DNA of 64,000 bases from Chiloscyllium plagiosum (Eukaryota), in the NCBI RefSeq assembly GCF_004010195.1, contig NC_057754.1:10079562-10143561 (forward strand). Direction: 5' to 3'. The translations under genes and the position numbers were made by a program. The notes beneath the pieces are model-generated. The model ran no database searches and was not told where the DNA came from. It saw only the letters and a list, made by a program, of their open reading frames with translations. Shown in pieces: positions 11,951 through 24,524 of this stretch; the stretch's first letter is position 1, and every line of letters begins with the position of its first letter.

Positions 11951-13074
11951 AGTCAATAACAAGGGTGCAAAATTTTAAGATGAAAGGTCGGAAATTTAGA
12001 GGGTTTCTGAGGAGAGAGTTTTCACCCAGGGGAGGTGGGAACCTGGAATGCGCTGCCTGGTCGGACAGTTAAGGTGAGAAATCTTACAGCCTTTAACAAG
12101 TGCTTGGACGAGTGCTTGAAATGTCATAACATTGAAGGCTATGGGCCAAATGCTGGAATATAGGACTCGTGTAGATTTAGAATAGGTTTTGTTGGTGCAA
12201 ACTTGATGGGCTGTATTTATCTCTATTTTATGATAATATGATTGAACCTGTGAATTTACAACTCAAAGCAGCTTTTCATATCCTTGATGTAATGAGCTTT
12301 ATGTTCTCAAGGTTCTCTGGTTAAGATGAGTTGGGAGGTTAATATTTCATGATTAATTTTGTTATTATCAGAATTGAAGCATATTCATAGATTAATCAAG
12401 CATTCTGCTGAACTGCAAGTGAATGTAACTCTTTGTACTTGAATGAAATGTGACTCTGCTTACCCTCACTTGACAGGAAGATGCATTGTGAGTTTGTGAA
12501 TAGAATGAAGGTAACACACTGGTGTGTGAACGTTGCAAGATAAGCTAGAGGTCTGGATTTAGCTCATTTCCATTTCACAGAGCCAGATTGTGAGAACTTG
12601 CAACCTTCAAGTTTCAATAAGTGGAGTTTACCTTTTTGGAGCCTGTTTAGGCACCATGAAGAGGAAATGGTGTTATCAACAGGGGAGAGCTGGGAGAAAG
12701 TGACAACATGAAGGATAAATGTGGAAGGACTATTGCATTCTGCACTGGCTTTGTTTTACCTTGTAGTGTCTTCAGAATAGAGGTTACATTTGGCTAGATG
12801 AATACTTTGTTTGGCAGACTACTCATAACAGTATGTGTTTACATTTGTAGTTGTATAATCATTTAGAATTTTATGACTTGAGACCACTTCAGTGAATGTA
12901 TAAAGGTATCTGTGACTCTTATTCTTAAAACATACCTCTTTACATTGGATAGCCAGAGGCACCCACCTCCCACGGGCAAACCATATGAATTAAATACAGT
13001 TGCAAAACTGTGTACAGCAATATCTCACAAATGGAAATGATACTGTTACCAGATAATCTGTTCAGTCATGTTTT

Positions 13075-13842
13075 TGTCATTCATTTTGGAAGGTTGAATT
13101 TGAATACAAATTACAAGGTTATAGGTAGGATTCTTGGCAGTGTGGAAGAACAGAGGGATGTTGGGCTCCACGTCCATATAGATTTCAAAGTTGCCACCCA
13201 AGTTGATCGGGTTGTTAAGAAGGCGTATGGTATATTGGCTTTCATTAGCAGGGGGGTTGAGTTTAAGAGCCATGAGGCCATGCTGCAGCTCTATAAAGCC
13301 CTGGTTCGACTACAGTTAGAATATTGTGTTCAGTTCTGGCCGCCTCACTATATGAAGGAAGTGGAGGCTTTGGAGAGGATGCAGAGGAGATTTGCCAGAA
13401 TGCTGCCTGCTCTGGAGGGCAGGTCTTCTGAAGAAAAGTTGAGGGAGCTAGGGCTTTTCTCATTGGAGCGAAGAATGATGGGAGGTGACTTGATAGAAGT
13501 ATACAAGATGATGCAAGGCATAGATAGAGTGGATAATCAGAGACTTTTTCCCAGGGCAGAAATGGGTATCATGATGGGGCATAATTTTAATGTGATTGGA
13601 GGAAGGTTTAGGGGAGATGTCAGAGGTAAGCTCTTTATACAGAGAGTGGTGGGTGCGTGGAATGCACTGCCAGCAGTGGTAGTAGAGTCAGGTACATTGG
13701 GGACACATAAGCGACTCTTGGATAGGCACATGGGTGATAGTAAAATGAAGGATATGTAGGCTAGTTTGATCTTAGAGTCGGATAAAAGGTTGGCACGACA
13801 TCGAGGGCTGAAGAGCCTGTACTGCACTGTACTGTTCTATGT
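13075..13842 (+). mobile_element. CR1 3' fragment with open ORF2 C-terminus
   Basis: ORF 13010-13759: HFGR...LYKALVRLQLEYCVQFWPP...QRVVGAWNALP; CR1 3' UTR follows. Confidence 0.9.
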
Positions 13843-14634
13843 AAATATTGAGCAGTTCATTCGGAAGAACAGTGCTGCTGTTCAAAATAATATAATGAAT
13901 GTGAGAGAGAGATCTTCCTATAATATTCAATTCTTGAGATTTTCATAGAACCATAAATTATAAGGTCGTTTCTATCAATCTCCCAACCTTAAGAGGGGAA
14001 TCACTTTACTGACTTCTCACAACTGATCTCCATGTAACCCAGCTATTTCTAAGCTCTGAGCTAGATTTCCTAATTTCTTGATTACACACCATCTATGAGC
14101 ATGATAAGAATCAGGAGCACAAACACTTGAGCTGCCTCCAAGAATAAATTTCCAAACCTTTCTGGTAAAATATGATAATTTTGGCTTCGTACTTTTTCCC
14201 CATCTGCAGATCACTTCTCACAATTCAAAAGCTCATGTAGAATTTAAAGATGCTCCAGCTTTCTATTCACCTGCATCCACCTTGTGGATATTTTCACAAA
14301 GTAGATTCAATACCTCTCTTGCAACTTAACTGCTTCTGATAGATACCGATGTGTTTTATTCCTTCCTAATTGTCTTAAGGTCAGTTTCTTCAAGGAGAGT
14401 GTGTCAATGCCTTGATGATTTAAAATATTATTTCATTTTGCTGTTCTCAAAGATGAGTATTATTCTGTTGCCTTGTTACTCAACACATCTGTGACTCACT
14501 CTTCAGTGCAGGTTCAAAGCACATTTCCCTGTATAATGTGTCACATCTGCACAATTGCAACATTATTCCACAAGTCATCAGGTACAATATTAAGCTGGAT
14601 CAGATTTTCATGTGATTTTATCCAATAGTGCAAA

Positions 14635-15835
14635 TCAAGAGCAGGAGTAGGCCAGTCTATCCGTCGAGCCTGCTTCACCATTCATTAAGGTCATGGCCAA
14701 GTAGATTATTCCACATTGGCACCTTATCTGTACCTATTTTAACAAGAATCTAACCACCTCTGCCAAGTTCCAAAGACTTGTCTCTATCCTAAATCGTTCC
14801 CCCCCCCCCTTTCCAGATTCTCCCACAGAAGGAACCTTCAGTCCTGTCAAGACCACTCCGGATCTAATATGTTTAAATCAAGTCATCTCTTAGTGTTCTA
14901 AATTCCAGTCCCCTGCTCAACCTTTCCTCCTAAGACAACCTGCCCATTCCAGTTATAGTTGAAACATTCTCTGAACTGCTTCCGATGCATTTACATTCTT
15001 CCTTCAATATGGATACCAATATTGTGTGCTATTCCAGATGTGGTCTTGGTAATATGCCCTTTATAGCTGAAGCATTAACTTCCCACTTCTGTATTTAGTT
15101 CCCCTTGTAATAACAACACCTTTTGAACTTTCCAGTTATTTGCTGTACTCACAGATTAATGTTTTTCAAATTACTTAGTAGGGCACCCAAATCCTCCTGC
15201 CCCTCAGAGCTCTGCAATCTCTCATCATTTATGTCATATACCTCTGTTTTGTTCCTCCTGCCATAATGGACAGTTGCTCATTTTCCCACATTATGCTTCA
15301 TTTGCCTGATGAATTAAACTCTCCATGTCCCTTTGTGCATCTGTAATCTTTCTTTATGCTTCATTCTGCTTTGCTACTTAGTTTCCCACTGATCTTCGTG
15401 GCATCTGCAAACTGCTATTGCTCCCTTCATCCAAGTCTCTTTATCAGTTGTAAAAAATTGAGAACCTATCACTGCATCCCTGTGGCACACCACTCATTAT
15501 TGCCAACCAGAAAATGAATCATTTCTATCTCCTCCCTCTTTCTTAATAACCAGCCAATCTTCTATCAGTTACCAATAATTGCCCCCCCATGCTTTGACCT
15601 TTTACTTTGTGAAATAACTGCAGGATACGTACTGGTTATTTCTTCTCCAATAAATTGGTTAAAGATGACTTTGCTTTCACCAAAGCATGTTGCCTCTGAC
15701 AGAGCACCATGACATTTTCTTTGTGCTCTCCTTTGCCATCTTTGACAATAACTTCTAACATTTTCCCTGTGACAGATGCTAAGTTAATTATCCTGCAGTT
15801 CCATGCATTCTCTGTCTATCCCCATTTGGATAAAG
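14635..15835 (-). mobile_element. Old CR1 ORF2 fragment
   Basis: Starts with a CR1 3'-end motif (gagcaggagtaggcc...); RT-like remnants such as catctgcaaac (minus FADA, a degenerate FADD). Confidence 0.55.
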
Positions 15836-15854
15836 CTGTTATATTTCTTATTAT

Positions 15855-16110
15855 GGGGGCTAGTTAGCTCAGTTGGCTGGTTTGAAATGAGTGGCCGAAA
15901 GGGAGGACTGCAGATGCTGGAGATTAGAGTCAAGATTAGAGTGGTGCTGGAAAAGCACAGCAGGTCAGGCAGCATCGGAGGAGATTACTATGAAGGAATC
16001 ACCTTCACAACCTCTCCTCTCTCATGGTGACTCTCAGGTTAAACCTCTAACAGTTGTCTCTTTCCAATGGAAGAGCAGCCCTACAGCCTGATGAAATTAT
16101 GGTGATTTTG
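15855..16110 (+). mobile_element. tRNA-derived SINE remnant interrupted by a PLE-derived fragment (~15901-15981)
   Basis: A-box-like TAGCTCAGTTGG; the inserted ggactgcagatgctggag...gcagcatcggaggag matches PLE pLTR copies elsewhere. Confidence 0.45.
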
Positions 16111-17482
16111 AAAATGAGTCTGGGAAGGGTATCCTGTTTGTTGGGAAGAAACAAAGATACCACAGAAAAACTAGAGTGGTCTTACCCTACGGCAGGAGTC
16201 TAGGCTCCAAAGGAGAGACCTGATTGGTAGGTAGTAGGTAAAATATTTACAACTTTTATCACTTATCGATTGTAAGGTCTTTTGTGGTTTATAATTTCTA
16301 AGGGCTGAATTAGACATAGAAAATAATGTATTCTGTAGTATTAAGGAACAGGAAGAAGGGCCCTAGAGAAATTGATATTAATTATTTCTTGCTAAGCATT
16401 TTCCAAGGGATCTTATTTAAAGGGGGAAGTCATGGTAGAAGAGCTGAAAGCTGTGGCGTGCCCCTCCTGCTCCAGATGAGAAATACCAGGAACAGTTCCA
16501 GTGACCAGGGCCAATGTGTGTGACTGCAGTTGCAGCTCCTTGAAGACTGGGTTTTGGAGCTGGATTGGTGGCTGGGGACTCTGTGGAACATTTGTGAATC
16601 AGTGAGAATCGTTGCGAATCAGTAATCTTCGTAGAGTCAGGAAGGAGAGATTGGAGTGAGACATTGCCCAAGTGAGTATATATTTTGGGGACTTTGGAGC
16701 AGCTTGGGAATTCAGTGCAGTGGGGAAGAGTTGATTTTTGCATGCTTTTCTTCTGTTTGTAAGGTTTTTTAATGGGATAAGTTGAAGCCCGGGACCGGGG
16801 ACCTGGCACAAAAGAGTGATATCGCAGGTAAACCTTAGGTCCATTGGTCGATGTAGCTGCTAATCTGACTGTCTATGATTGGCTACTTTCAGATTGAAGA
16901 TAAATAGGAGAAATATTTTCAGGCTGTAAACTGAAAGACCAGTGAGGATTTTTAAAAAGTCAATTCAAGGACAGAGTAATTAAAATAGACATGCCAAGGC
17001 CAGTGATGTATTGTAACTGCCTGATGTGGAAGCTAATGGACATCATTGTGTTCCTGGTGACTTCATCTGTAGCGAGTGTTGGTTGCTTCAGTAACTCCGG
17101 CTTCGAACATTGTGCCATATCAGAGTAACCTGTACTCTGTTTCAGGAGGCAGTCACACCATTTGAGATTAACTACCTCAGATTCAGTCAGTGGTCAGGCA
17201 TAGGAGAGTGTGACTACCAGTGAGTGGAGGGATCGAGGAGGTAATGCTGAAGGAGCCTCAGCCCTTGAGTTTGTCTGATGGGTTCAAGATCCTTGCTCCC
17301 TGTCCGGATGAGAGTGTGGGCTGTAGGGACCATGAGCAAACTGACCGTAGCACCATGGTACAGGGAGCCATGCAACAGCGGAAAGAAAAGACAAATGTAG
17401 TTGTTATCAGGAATAATATAGTCAGGGGAATAGACATTGCTCTCTGTGCTCAGGACCGAGAGTCACGAAGGCTGTGTTGCTT

Positions 17483-18125
17483 GCCTATCTTTGAGAGCTC
17501 TATCCAACTCTTTCTTAAATGAATCCAGAGACTGGGCCTCCACTGCCCTCTGGGGCAGAGCATTCCACACAGCCACCACACTCTGGGTGAAGAAGTTTCT
17601 CCTCCTCTCTGTACTCGGCTATTGAGGGAGTGCAACGTAGGTCCATGAGGTCAATTCCTGGAATGGCGGGACTATCTTACGCTGAAAGACTGGAGCAACT
17701 GGGCTTGTATACCCTTGAGTTTAGAAGACTGAGAGGGATCTGATTGAGACATATAAGATTATTAAAGGATTGGACACTCTGGAGGCAGGAAACATGTTTC
17801 CGCTGATGGGTGAGTGCCGAACCAGAGGACACAGCTTAAAAACACGGGGTAGACCATTTAGGACAGAGATGAGGAGGAACTTCTTCACCCAGAGAGTGGT
17901 GGCTGTGTGGAATGCTCTGCCCCAGAGGGCAGTGGAGGCCCAGTCTCTGGATTCATTTAAGAAAGAATTGGATAGAGCTCTCAAAGATAGTGGAATCAAG
18001 GGTTACGGAGATAAGGCAGGAACAGGATACTGATTAAGGATGATCAGCCATGATCATATTGAATGGTGGTGCAGACTCGAAGGGCAGAATGGCCTACTCC
18101 TGCACCTATTGTCTATTGTCTATTG
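17483..18125 (+). mobile_element. Young CR1 3' fragment with a 5' inverted duplication
   Basis: RNFFTQRVVAVWNALPQ; (CTATTGT)n tail; ~17485-17612 is the reverse complement of ~17862-17990. Confidence 0.85.
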
Positions 18126-18669
18126 CCCAGGTTCAGGATATCTCATCTGGGGCTGCAACGAAACTTGGAGTGGGAAGGGAAATATCCAGTATTGTGATCT
18201 ACGCAGCTATGAATGATATAAGTAGAAATAGGTTCTACTGAGGGAATATGAGCAGCTAGGGGCTAAAATGTTTTTAAAAAACCTACAAATATTCTCTGGA
18301 TAACTTCCTGAGCCCATACAAATTGGGACAAATTGAAAGAAGTAAATACACGGGTGAAAAATTAGTTTGGGAGAAACAGGTTTGACTTAAAGGAAGACTG
18401 GCACTAGTACTGGGGAAGAAGGGAGTTGTTCTGATGTGACGTGCTCAACCTGAATCACGCTGGGACTCGAGTCCTGGTGAATCACATAACTAGGGCTGTT
18501 AGTCGGGCTTTAAACTAAATATTGGGGGGGGGAGGGGTTTGGTTGCATGGAAAATTATGGTAAAAGTAAAAGGAGAAGGAGCTCAGCAGAGTTTATTCAA
18601 CTAATAGGGCAGAGTATGGAAAGACTCAGAAATCTGACTTCAGATAGAGCAGATAAGGTGCTAACTTGT

Positions 18670-18898
18670 GGGCGGCACGGTGGCACAGTGGTTAGCACTG
18701 CTACCTCACAGCGCCAGAGACCCGGGTTCCCACAGTCCAAAGATGTGCAGGTCAGGTGAATTGGCCATGCTAAATTGCCCATAGTGTTAGGTAAGGGGTA
18801 AATGTAGGGTTATGGGTGGGCTGCGCATCGGCGGGGCGGTGTGGACTTGTTGGGCCGAAGGGCCTGTTTCCACACTGTAAGTAATCTAATCTAATCTA
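18670..18898 (+). mobile_element. HE1-type V-SINE (internally deleted)
   Basis: ggcggcacggtggcacagtggttagcactg...; (TAATC)n tail. Confidence 0.85.
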
Positions 18899-19038
18899 TG
18901 AGAAGGGGGCATTCAATGCATAATTAAGGGTTTTGTACTTCAATGCATATGGTGTATGAAACCAAGTAAATGAGCTTATAGTGCAGATTGAAATTGGCAG
19001 GTATGATGCTGTGGGAATTACAAATGTGGCTGCACCAG

Positions 19039-19164
19039 GATGAAGGGCTTTTGCCCAAAACATCGACTCTCCTGCTCCTCAGATGCTGCCTGACCTGCTG
19101 TGCTTTTCCAGCACCCCACACTCGTCTCTAATCTCCAGCATCTGCAGTCCTCACTTTCACCTAG
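19039..19164 (+). mobile_element. PLE pLTR fragment starting inside the hammerhead core
   Basis: GATGAAGGGCTTTTGCCCAAAACATCG...cagcatctgcagtcctcactttc. Confidence 0.75.
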
Positions 19165-19959
19165 ATGGGCAGAAGGAAGGGGCAGAGCTGCCTTGTTAGA
19201 AATGAAATTAATTCTATAGCAAGAATTAATGTAGAGTTGCAAGGCATAGAGTCTGAGAGTAGAGTTGAGGAACTACAAAAGAGAAAAGAGCCTGGTGGGA
19301 GCTACATACAGTAGTCAGGATGTAGGCAAGGAAGTAAATCAGGAGATAGAAAAGGCATGTGAGAAAGGCACTATTACAACTATCATGGTGGACTGGTAAA
19401 AATCAGTTAGGTACTAGACCTCAAATAAAGAGATTTGTGGAATTCTACGAGGGGATTTTTGGAGCAGCTTGTGGTTAAGAAACAGGCTATTCTGGATTTG
19501 GTGATGTGTAATGAGGCAGACTTGATTCGGGAGTTGACAGTGAGGTAAACCCAGGGGACCAGTCACCATAATATGGTAGAATTCACCCTGCAGTTTGAGG
19601 GAGAGACACTGAAATCAATCTACTGGTGTTTTAATTTAGTCAAGTTAACTATGTGAGGGCGGAGCTAGTCAGAGTAGGTTGGAAGGGGAGCCTAGCAAGG
19701 AAGGAGCAGCAGTGGCAGAAGTTTTTGAGGGTAATTTAGGATGGCATTGCAGAAATTCACCCCATGGAAGAAGAAACATTCTAAGGGGAGGATGAAGCTG
19801 ACGAGGGAAGTCAGGGAGAGCATAAAGCAAAAGAAAAAGCTTACAGAGTAACGAAGATATTGGAGGGCCTTGAAAAGCCAGCAGAGGGTAACTAAATAGG
19901 AGGGGAGGAGGTGAAATATGAGAGTAAGCTAGCAAGTAATAAAAGCAAGGGTTGTAAGA

Positions 19960-20965
19960 GTCATAGTCAACAGAGATGTACAGCACAGAAACAGACCCTT
20001 CGATCCAACCGTCCATGCCGACCAGATATCCCAACCCAATCTAGCCCCACCTGCCAGCACCCGGCCCGTATCCCTCCAAACCTTTCCTATTCATATACCC
20101 ATCCAAATGCCTCTTAAATGTTGCAATTGTGTCAGCCTTCACCACTTCCTCTGGCAACTTATTCCATACACGTACCACCCTCTGCGTGAAAAAGCTGCCC
20201 CTTAGGTCTCTTTTATATCTTTCCCCTCTCACCCTAAACCTGTGGGTGGGTTTCCTCTGGGTGCTCTGGTTTCCTCCCACAGTCCAAAGATGCGCAGGTC
20301 AGGTGAATTGGCCATGCTAAATTGTCCGTCGTGTTAGGTAAGGGGTAAATGTAGGGATATGGGTGGTTTGCGCTTCGGTGGGTCGGTGTGGACTTGTTGG
20401 GCTGAAGGGCCTGTTTCCACACTGTAAAGTAATCTAAAGTAATCTAATCTAATCTAAATCTATGCCCTTTAGTTCTGGACTCCCCGACCCCAGGGAAAAG
20501 ACTTTGCCTATTTACCCTATCCATGCCCCTCATAATTTTGTAAAACCTCTATATGGTCACCCCTCAGCCTCCGACTCTCCAGGGAAAACAGCCCCAGCCT
20601 GTTCAGCCTCTCCCTGTAGCTCAAATCCTCCAACCCTGGCAACATCCTTGTAAATCCTTTCCTGACCCTTTCAAGTTGCACAACATCTTTCCGATAGGAA
20701 GGAGACCAGAATTGCTCGCAATAGTCCAACAGTGGCCTAACCAATGTCCTATACAGCCGCAACATGACCTCCCAACTCCTGTACTCAATACTCTGACCAA
20801 TAAAGGAAAGCATACCAAACGCCTTCTGCACTATCCTATCTACCTGCAACTCCACTTTCAAGGAGCTATGAACCTGCACTCCAAGGTCTCTTTGTTCAGC
20901 AACACTCCCGAGGACCTTACCATTAAGTGTATTAGTCCTGCTAAGATTTGCTTTCCCAAAATGTT
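19960..20965 (-). mobile_element. Young CR1 3' fragment
   Basis: Minus ORF 20517-20879 VHSSLKV...LYRTLVRPLLDYCEQFWSP; 3' UTR. Confidence 0.9.
20241..20460 (+). mobile_element. 5'-truncated HE1-type SINE nested in CR1
   Basis: V-domain and taatcta tail. Confidence 0.85.
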
Positions 20966-21421
20966 TTCTTAAGCTACCTAAAAATGTAAAAGAGAGGCAA
21001 GAGTGGATATTAGACTGCTGGAAAATGAGGCTGGAGAAGTAGTAATGGGGAATGAAGAAATGGCAGAGGAACTGAATAGGTACTTCGCATCAGTTTTCAC
21101 AGTGGAAGACATCATTAGTATACTAGAACTTCAAGAGAGTCATGGGGCAGTGTAGGAGAAGGTGCTAGGGAAGCTGAAAAATATGAAGGTGGATACATCA
21201 CCTGGACCAGATGGACTAGACCCCAGAGCTCTGATGAAAATATGGAAGGAGATTGTAAGAGGCATTGTGAATGACCTTTCAGGAATCACTGGAGTCAGGG
21301 AGGATGCCAGAGGGCTGGAAAATGGCTAATATAGTCCCCTGTTTAAGAGGGGAGGGAGGCAGAAGCCAGGAAAGCCTATGGTAAGATTTTCAAGTCAATT
21401 ATTAAGGATCAGACTGCAGAT

Positions 21422-22040
21422 TGTGATCATACCGTGGCTTTAAGAGGTCATTTTGTCACGATTTTAAATGAGAGGTGAAAAGTGGTCTGTAAAAAAGTAA
21501 ACAGCTTGTGAGGCCATGGGTTTTTTTTAAAGACTTACAAACAATAGAAGCAGCCTGAATGGGTGTGGTCAAGCTCTCAGGATTTTAGTTCGCTTTCAGC
21601 AATTGTTGCTGAGGTCTCAGCAGGGTTGGAATCTGCAGTGAATCTCTTCCAGCTGTTATACTCTGTCTCTGAGTTTTCTTCGGATATTTTTCCTCCAGGG
21701 CCGCTGGACTTGCATGTAAGACAATTGTGTTTTCTGTATTTGCCAAGGGTCTGTTTATGGGATGTTATGTTGGAACAATTACTGTTTAGTAGTAAGATAA
21801 TCTGTTATTCTGTTAAGTCTTCCAATAGAGTTGTTACTCCAAGTTCCTCTTTGTTATGTTGTATCTTAACTATAGTGTTTGAATAAATTGTGTTTTGCTT
21901 ACTCTCAAGTAGTTTGACAAATCAAATTGCATCTGGAACACAGCACCTTATATTTACCTTTAGAATAAGAAAACGTTATGGTCTAGGCTATCTTCTTAAT
22001 ATATTTTGAGGAGTGTTGGTTTGGTTTGGTCTGGTCCAGT
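21422..22040 (+). mobile_element. Probable solo LTR inserted in CR1
   Basis: Starts TGTGATCA, non-coding, AATAAA ~21882, interrupts the CR1 RT region; 3' CA end not clear. Confidence 0.5.
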
Positions 22041-23151
22041 CCAATAGGATGGTGTCAGTGTGCCTTTGTCAAGGGGAGGTCATGCATGTCAAGTCTGCTA
22101 GACATTTATGAGGAGCAAGTTTGTCAAAGGAGAGCCAGTGGACATAATCTATTTGGATTTCTTTGCCAAGATGCCACACAGGAAGCTGCTAAATAAAATA
22201 AGCTGATGGTTTAGGGGTGTGGTACTGGCATGGATTGAGGATTGGCCGACTGGTAGAAGGCAGTGAGTTGGGATAAATGGGTCTTTTTCAGGATGACAGT
22301 CGATAACTAGTGGAGGCAGTGTTGGGACTACGACTATTTGCATTACATATTAACGCTCTGGATGAAGGAACTGAGGGCATTGTTACTCAGTTTGCAGATG
22401 ACACCAAGATAGGTGGAGGGCAGGTAGTGTTGGAGGCACAGAAGCTGCAGAAGGACTTGGGGAGTGGGCAAAGGAGTGATAGACGGAATACAATGTGGGA
22501 AATTGTGAAGTGAGGTTATGCACTTTGGTAGGATGAATAGAGGCATAGACTATTTTCTAAATAGGAAAAGCCTTCAGAAATCTGATGTGCCAAGGGAGTC
22601 CTCGTTCAAGACTCTCTTAAGGTTAGCATGAAGGTTCAATTGGCAGCTAGGAAAACAAATGCAATGTTAGCATTAATTTCAAGAGGGCTATAATATAAAA
22701 GCTGAAATATACAGCCCCAGCAAGTACAAGACTCTGGCCAGACTGCATTTGGAATAATATGAGCAGTTTTGAATCCTGTATCTGAGGAAGGATGTGCTGG
22801 CATTGCAGTGGGTCCAGATGAGATTTCCAAGAATAATCCCTAGGATGCAGGGCTTGTCATGTGAGAAGCAGTTGAGGACTGTGGTTCTGTACTTGATGGA
22901 GTTTAGAAAGATGAGGGGTCATTTCATTGAAACTTACAGAATACTGAAGGGCCTGAATATAGTGGATGTGGAAAAGAAGTCTCCACGAGTGGGAGAGACT
23001 AGGACCTGAGGGACAGCCTCAGAGTGAAGGGACAACAGTTTAGAACTGAGATGAGGTGGAATTTCTTCAGTCAGAGAGTAGTTAATCAGTGGAATTCATT
23101 GTTGTGAACACATTCAATGACTTGGTCTCCACAATCCTCTGCAGCAGAGAT

Positions 23152-23460
23152 AAGGGTGGCATGGTGGCTCAGTGGTTAGCACTGCTGCCTCACGGCGCTA
23201 GGGTCCCAGGTTCTATTCCAGCCTTGGGCGACCGTCTGGAGTTTGCACATTCTCCCCGTGTCTGCGTGGGTTTCCTGCGGGTGCTCCGGTTTCCTCCCAC
23301 ACTCCAAAGATGTGCAGGTTAGGTGAATTGGCCATGTTAAATTGCCCATAGTGTTAGGTACATCAGTCAGAGGGAGATGGGTCTGGGTGGGTTACTCTTT
23401 GGAGGGTCGGTGTGGACTGGTTGGGCTCTTTCCACACTGTAGGGAATCTGATCTAATCAT
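23152..23460 (+). mobile_element. HE1-type V-SINE
   Basis: tRNA-like head, V-domain, 3' tail. Confidence 0.85.
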
Positions 23461-23604
23461 AAATAGAATCTTGCTTAGTAAGGGGATCAGCAGTTACAGG
23501 GAGAAGACAGGAGAATGGGGTTGAGAAATATATCAGCCCTGATCGAATGGTGGAGCAGATTCGAGGGGCCAAATGACTTAATTCTGCTCCTCTATCTTTT
23601 GAAA

Positions 23605-24340
23605 TCACATCTAGAGAGCTGGTCACACTGGAGACGAAGACTCCACAGGCAGAAAAAGAATGGATGACCACTAGGCAACCTAAGAGAACTAGGGAGGCAG
23701 AAGGAGTCTCCTGTGGCTATTCCCAGCACAACAGATTCACAACCGTTTTGGACACTGTTGGAGGTAATGGCCTCACAGGGGATAGCAACAGCAGACCAAA
23801 TTGTTGCACCACTGTTTGTTTTAACAGGAGGAATAACAAGTGTGGGAATGGAGCAGTCTAAGGGGATTCAATTGCAAGAGCAATAGGTAGGCATTTCTAT
23901 GGCCACAAATGAAATTCCAGGAGGATATGTTGGCTCTGTGGTGCTCAGCTCAAGGGTGTTTCAGAGCTACTACATCCTTTAGGGGGAAGTGTGAATAGCT
24001 GGAGCTCATGGAACACAATGACATTGGTAAAAATAAAGGGACGATGTCCTAAAAGCAGAATACAGGGAGTTAGGAAGCAAGCTGAAAAATAGGTTCTCCA
24101 AAGGTAAAAATTACCAGTGCCACGTGCTAGTCATGAGTGAAAATGGCAGGATATATTGGATAGCTTAGGAGATGGTATGAGAGGTAGGCTTTCAGATTAC
24201 TGAAGCATACGGACCAATTCTGGGGAAGGTGGGACCAATATACTGTAAATTAGATGGGTTACATTTGGGCAGGATCAGAACTGATGCCCAATGGGGAGTA
24301 TTTGCTCAAGTAGTTGGGAAGGATTTAAACTAAATTGGCG
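23605..24340 (+). mobile_element. Second CR1 ORF1 fragment
   Basis: HNRFTTVLDTVGG and a GDSI esterase-like motif, similar to 17200-18520. Confidence 0.55.
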
Positions 24341-24524
24341 GGGGTAGGGGGGAGGGAAGAATAGGAACATCTGCAAGGAGTCAAAGGAAAGAGAATCCAG
24401 GACAAGAACAAAAGATAAGAAAGGAGAATAAGAAAAGTAATAGGTGAGGAATCAAATACCAGAATCAAACAAGGCTGCAGTTAAAAAAAAAGAGTGGGAA
24501 TAGGAGACGAATGTTAAAAAGCAC

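Larger units (their letters stand above)
9160..12210 (+). mobile_element. Decayed CR1 ORF2/3' fragment hosting nested insertions
   Basis: KVDKFPGP, ANVVSL, GIPQGSVLGP-like segments, and EERLDKFRLFSLEQRRL. Confidence 0.7.
16140..23600 (+). mobile_element. Near-full-length decayed CR1 (ORF1 esterase-like, EN, RT, 3' UTR) with at least 6 nested insertions
   Basis: ORF1 VVVIRNNIVRGID...RESRRLCCLP; EN ILDLVMCNE; RT KVDTSPGPDGL, FADDTKIGG; 3' UTR to ~23600; 5' boundary uncertain. Confidence 0.7.

Noticed and set aside
13010..13759. 249-aa ORF as a host gene
   Set aside because: It is the CR1 ORF2 C-terminus; the N-terminal ~20 codons are chance read-in from the flank
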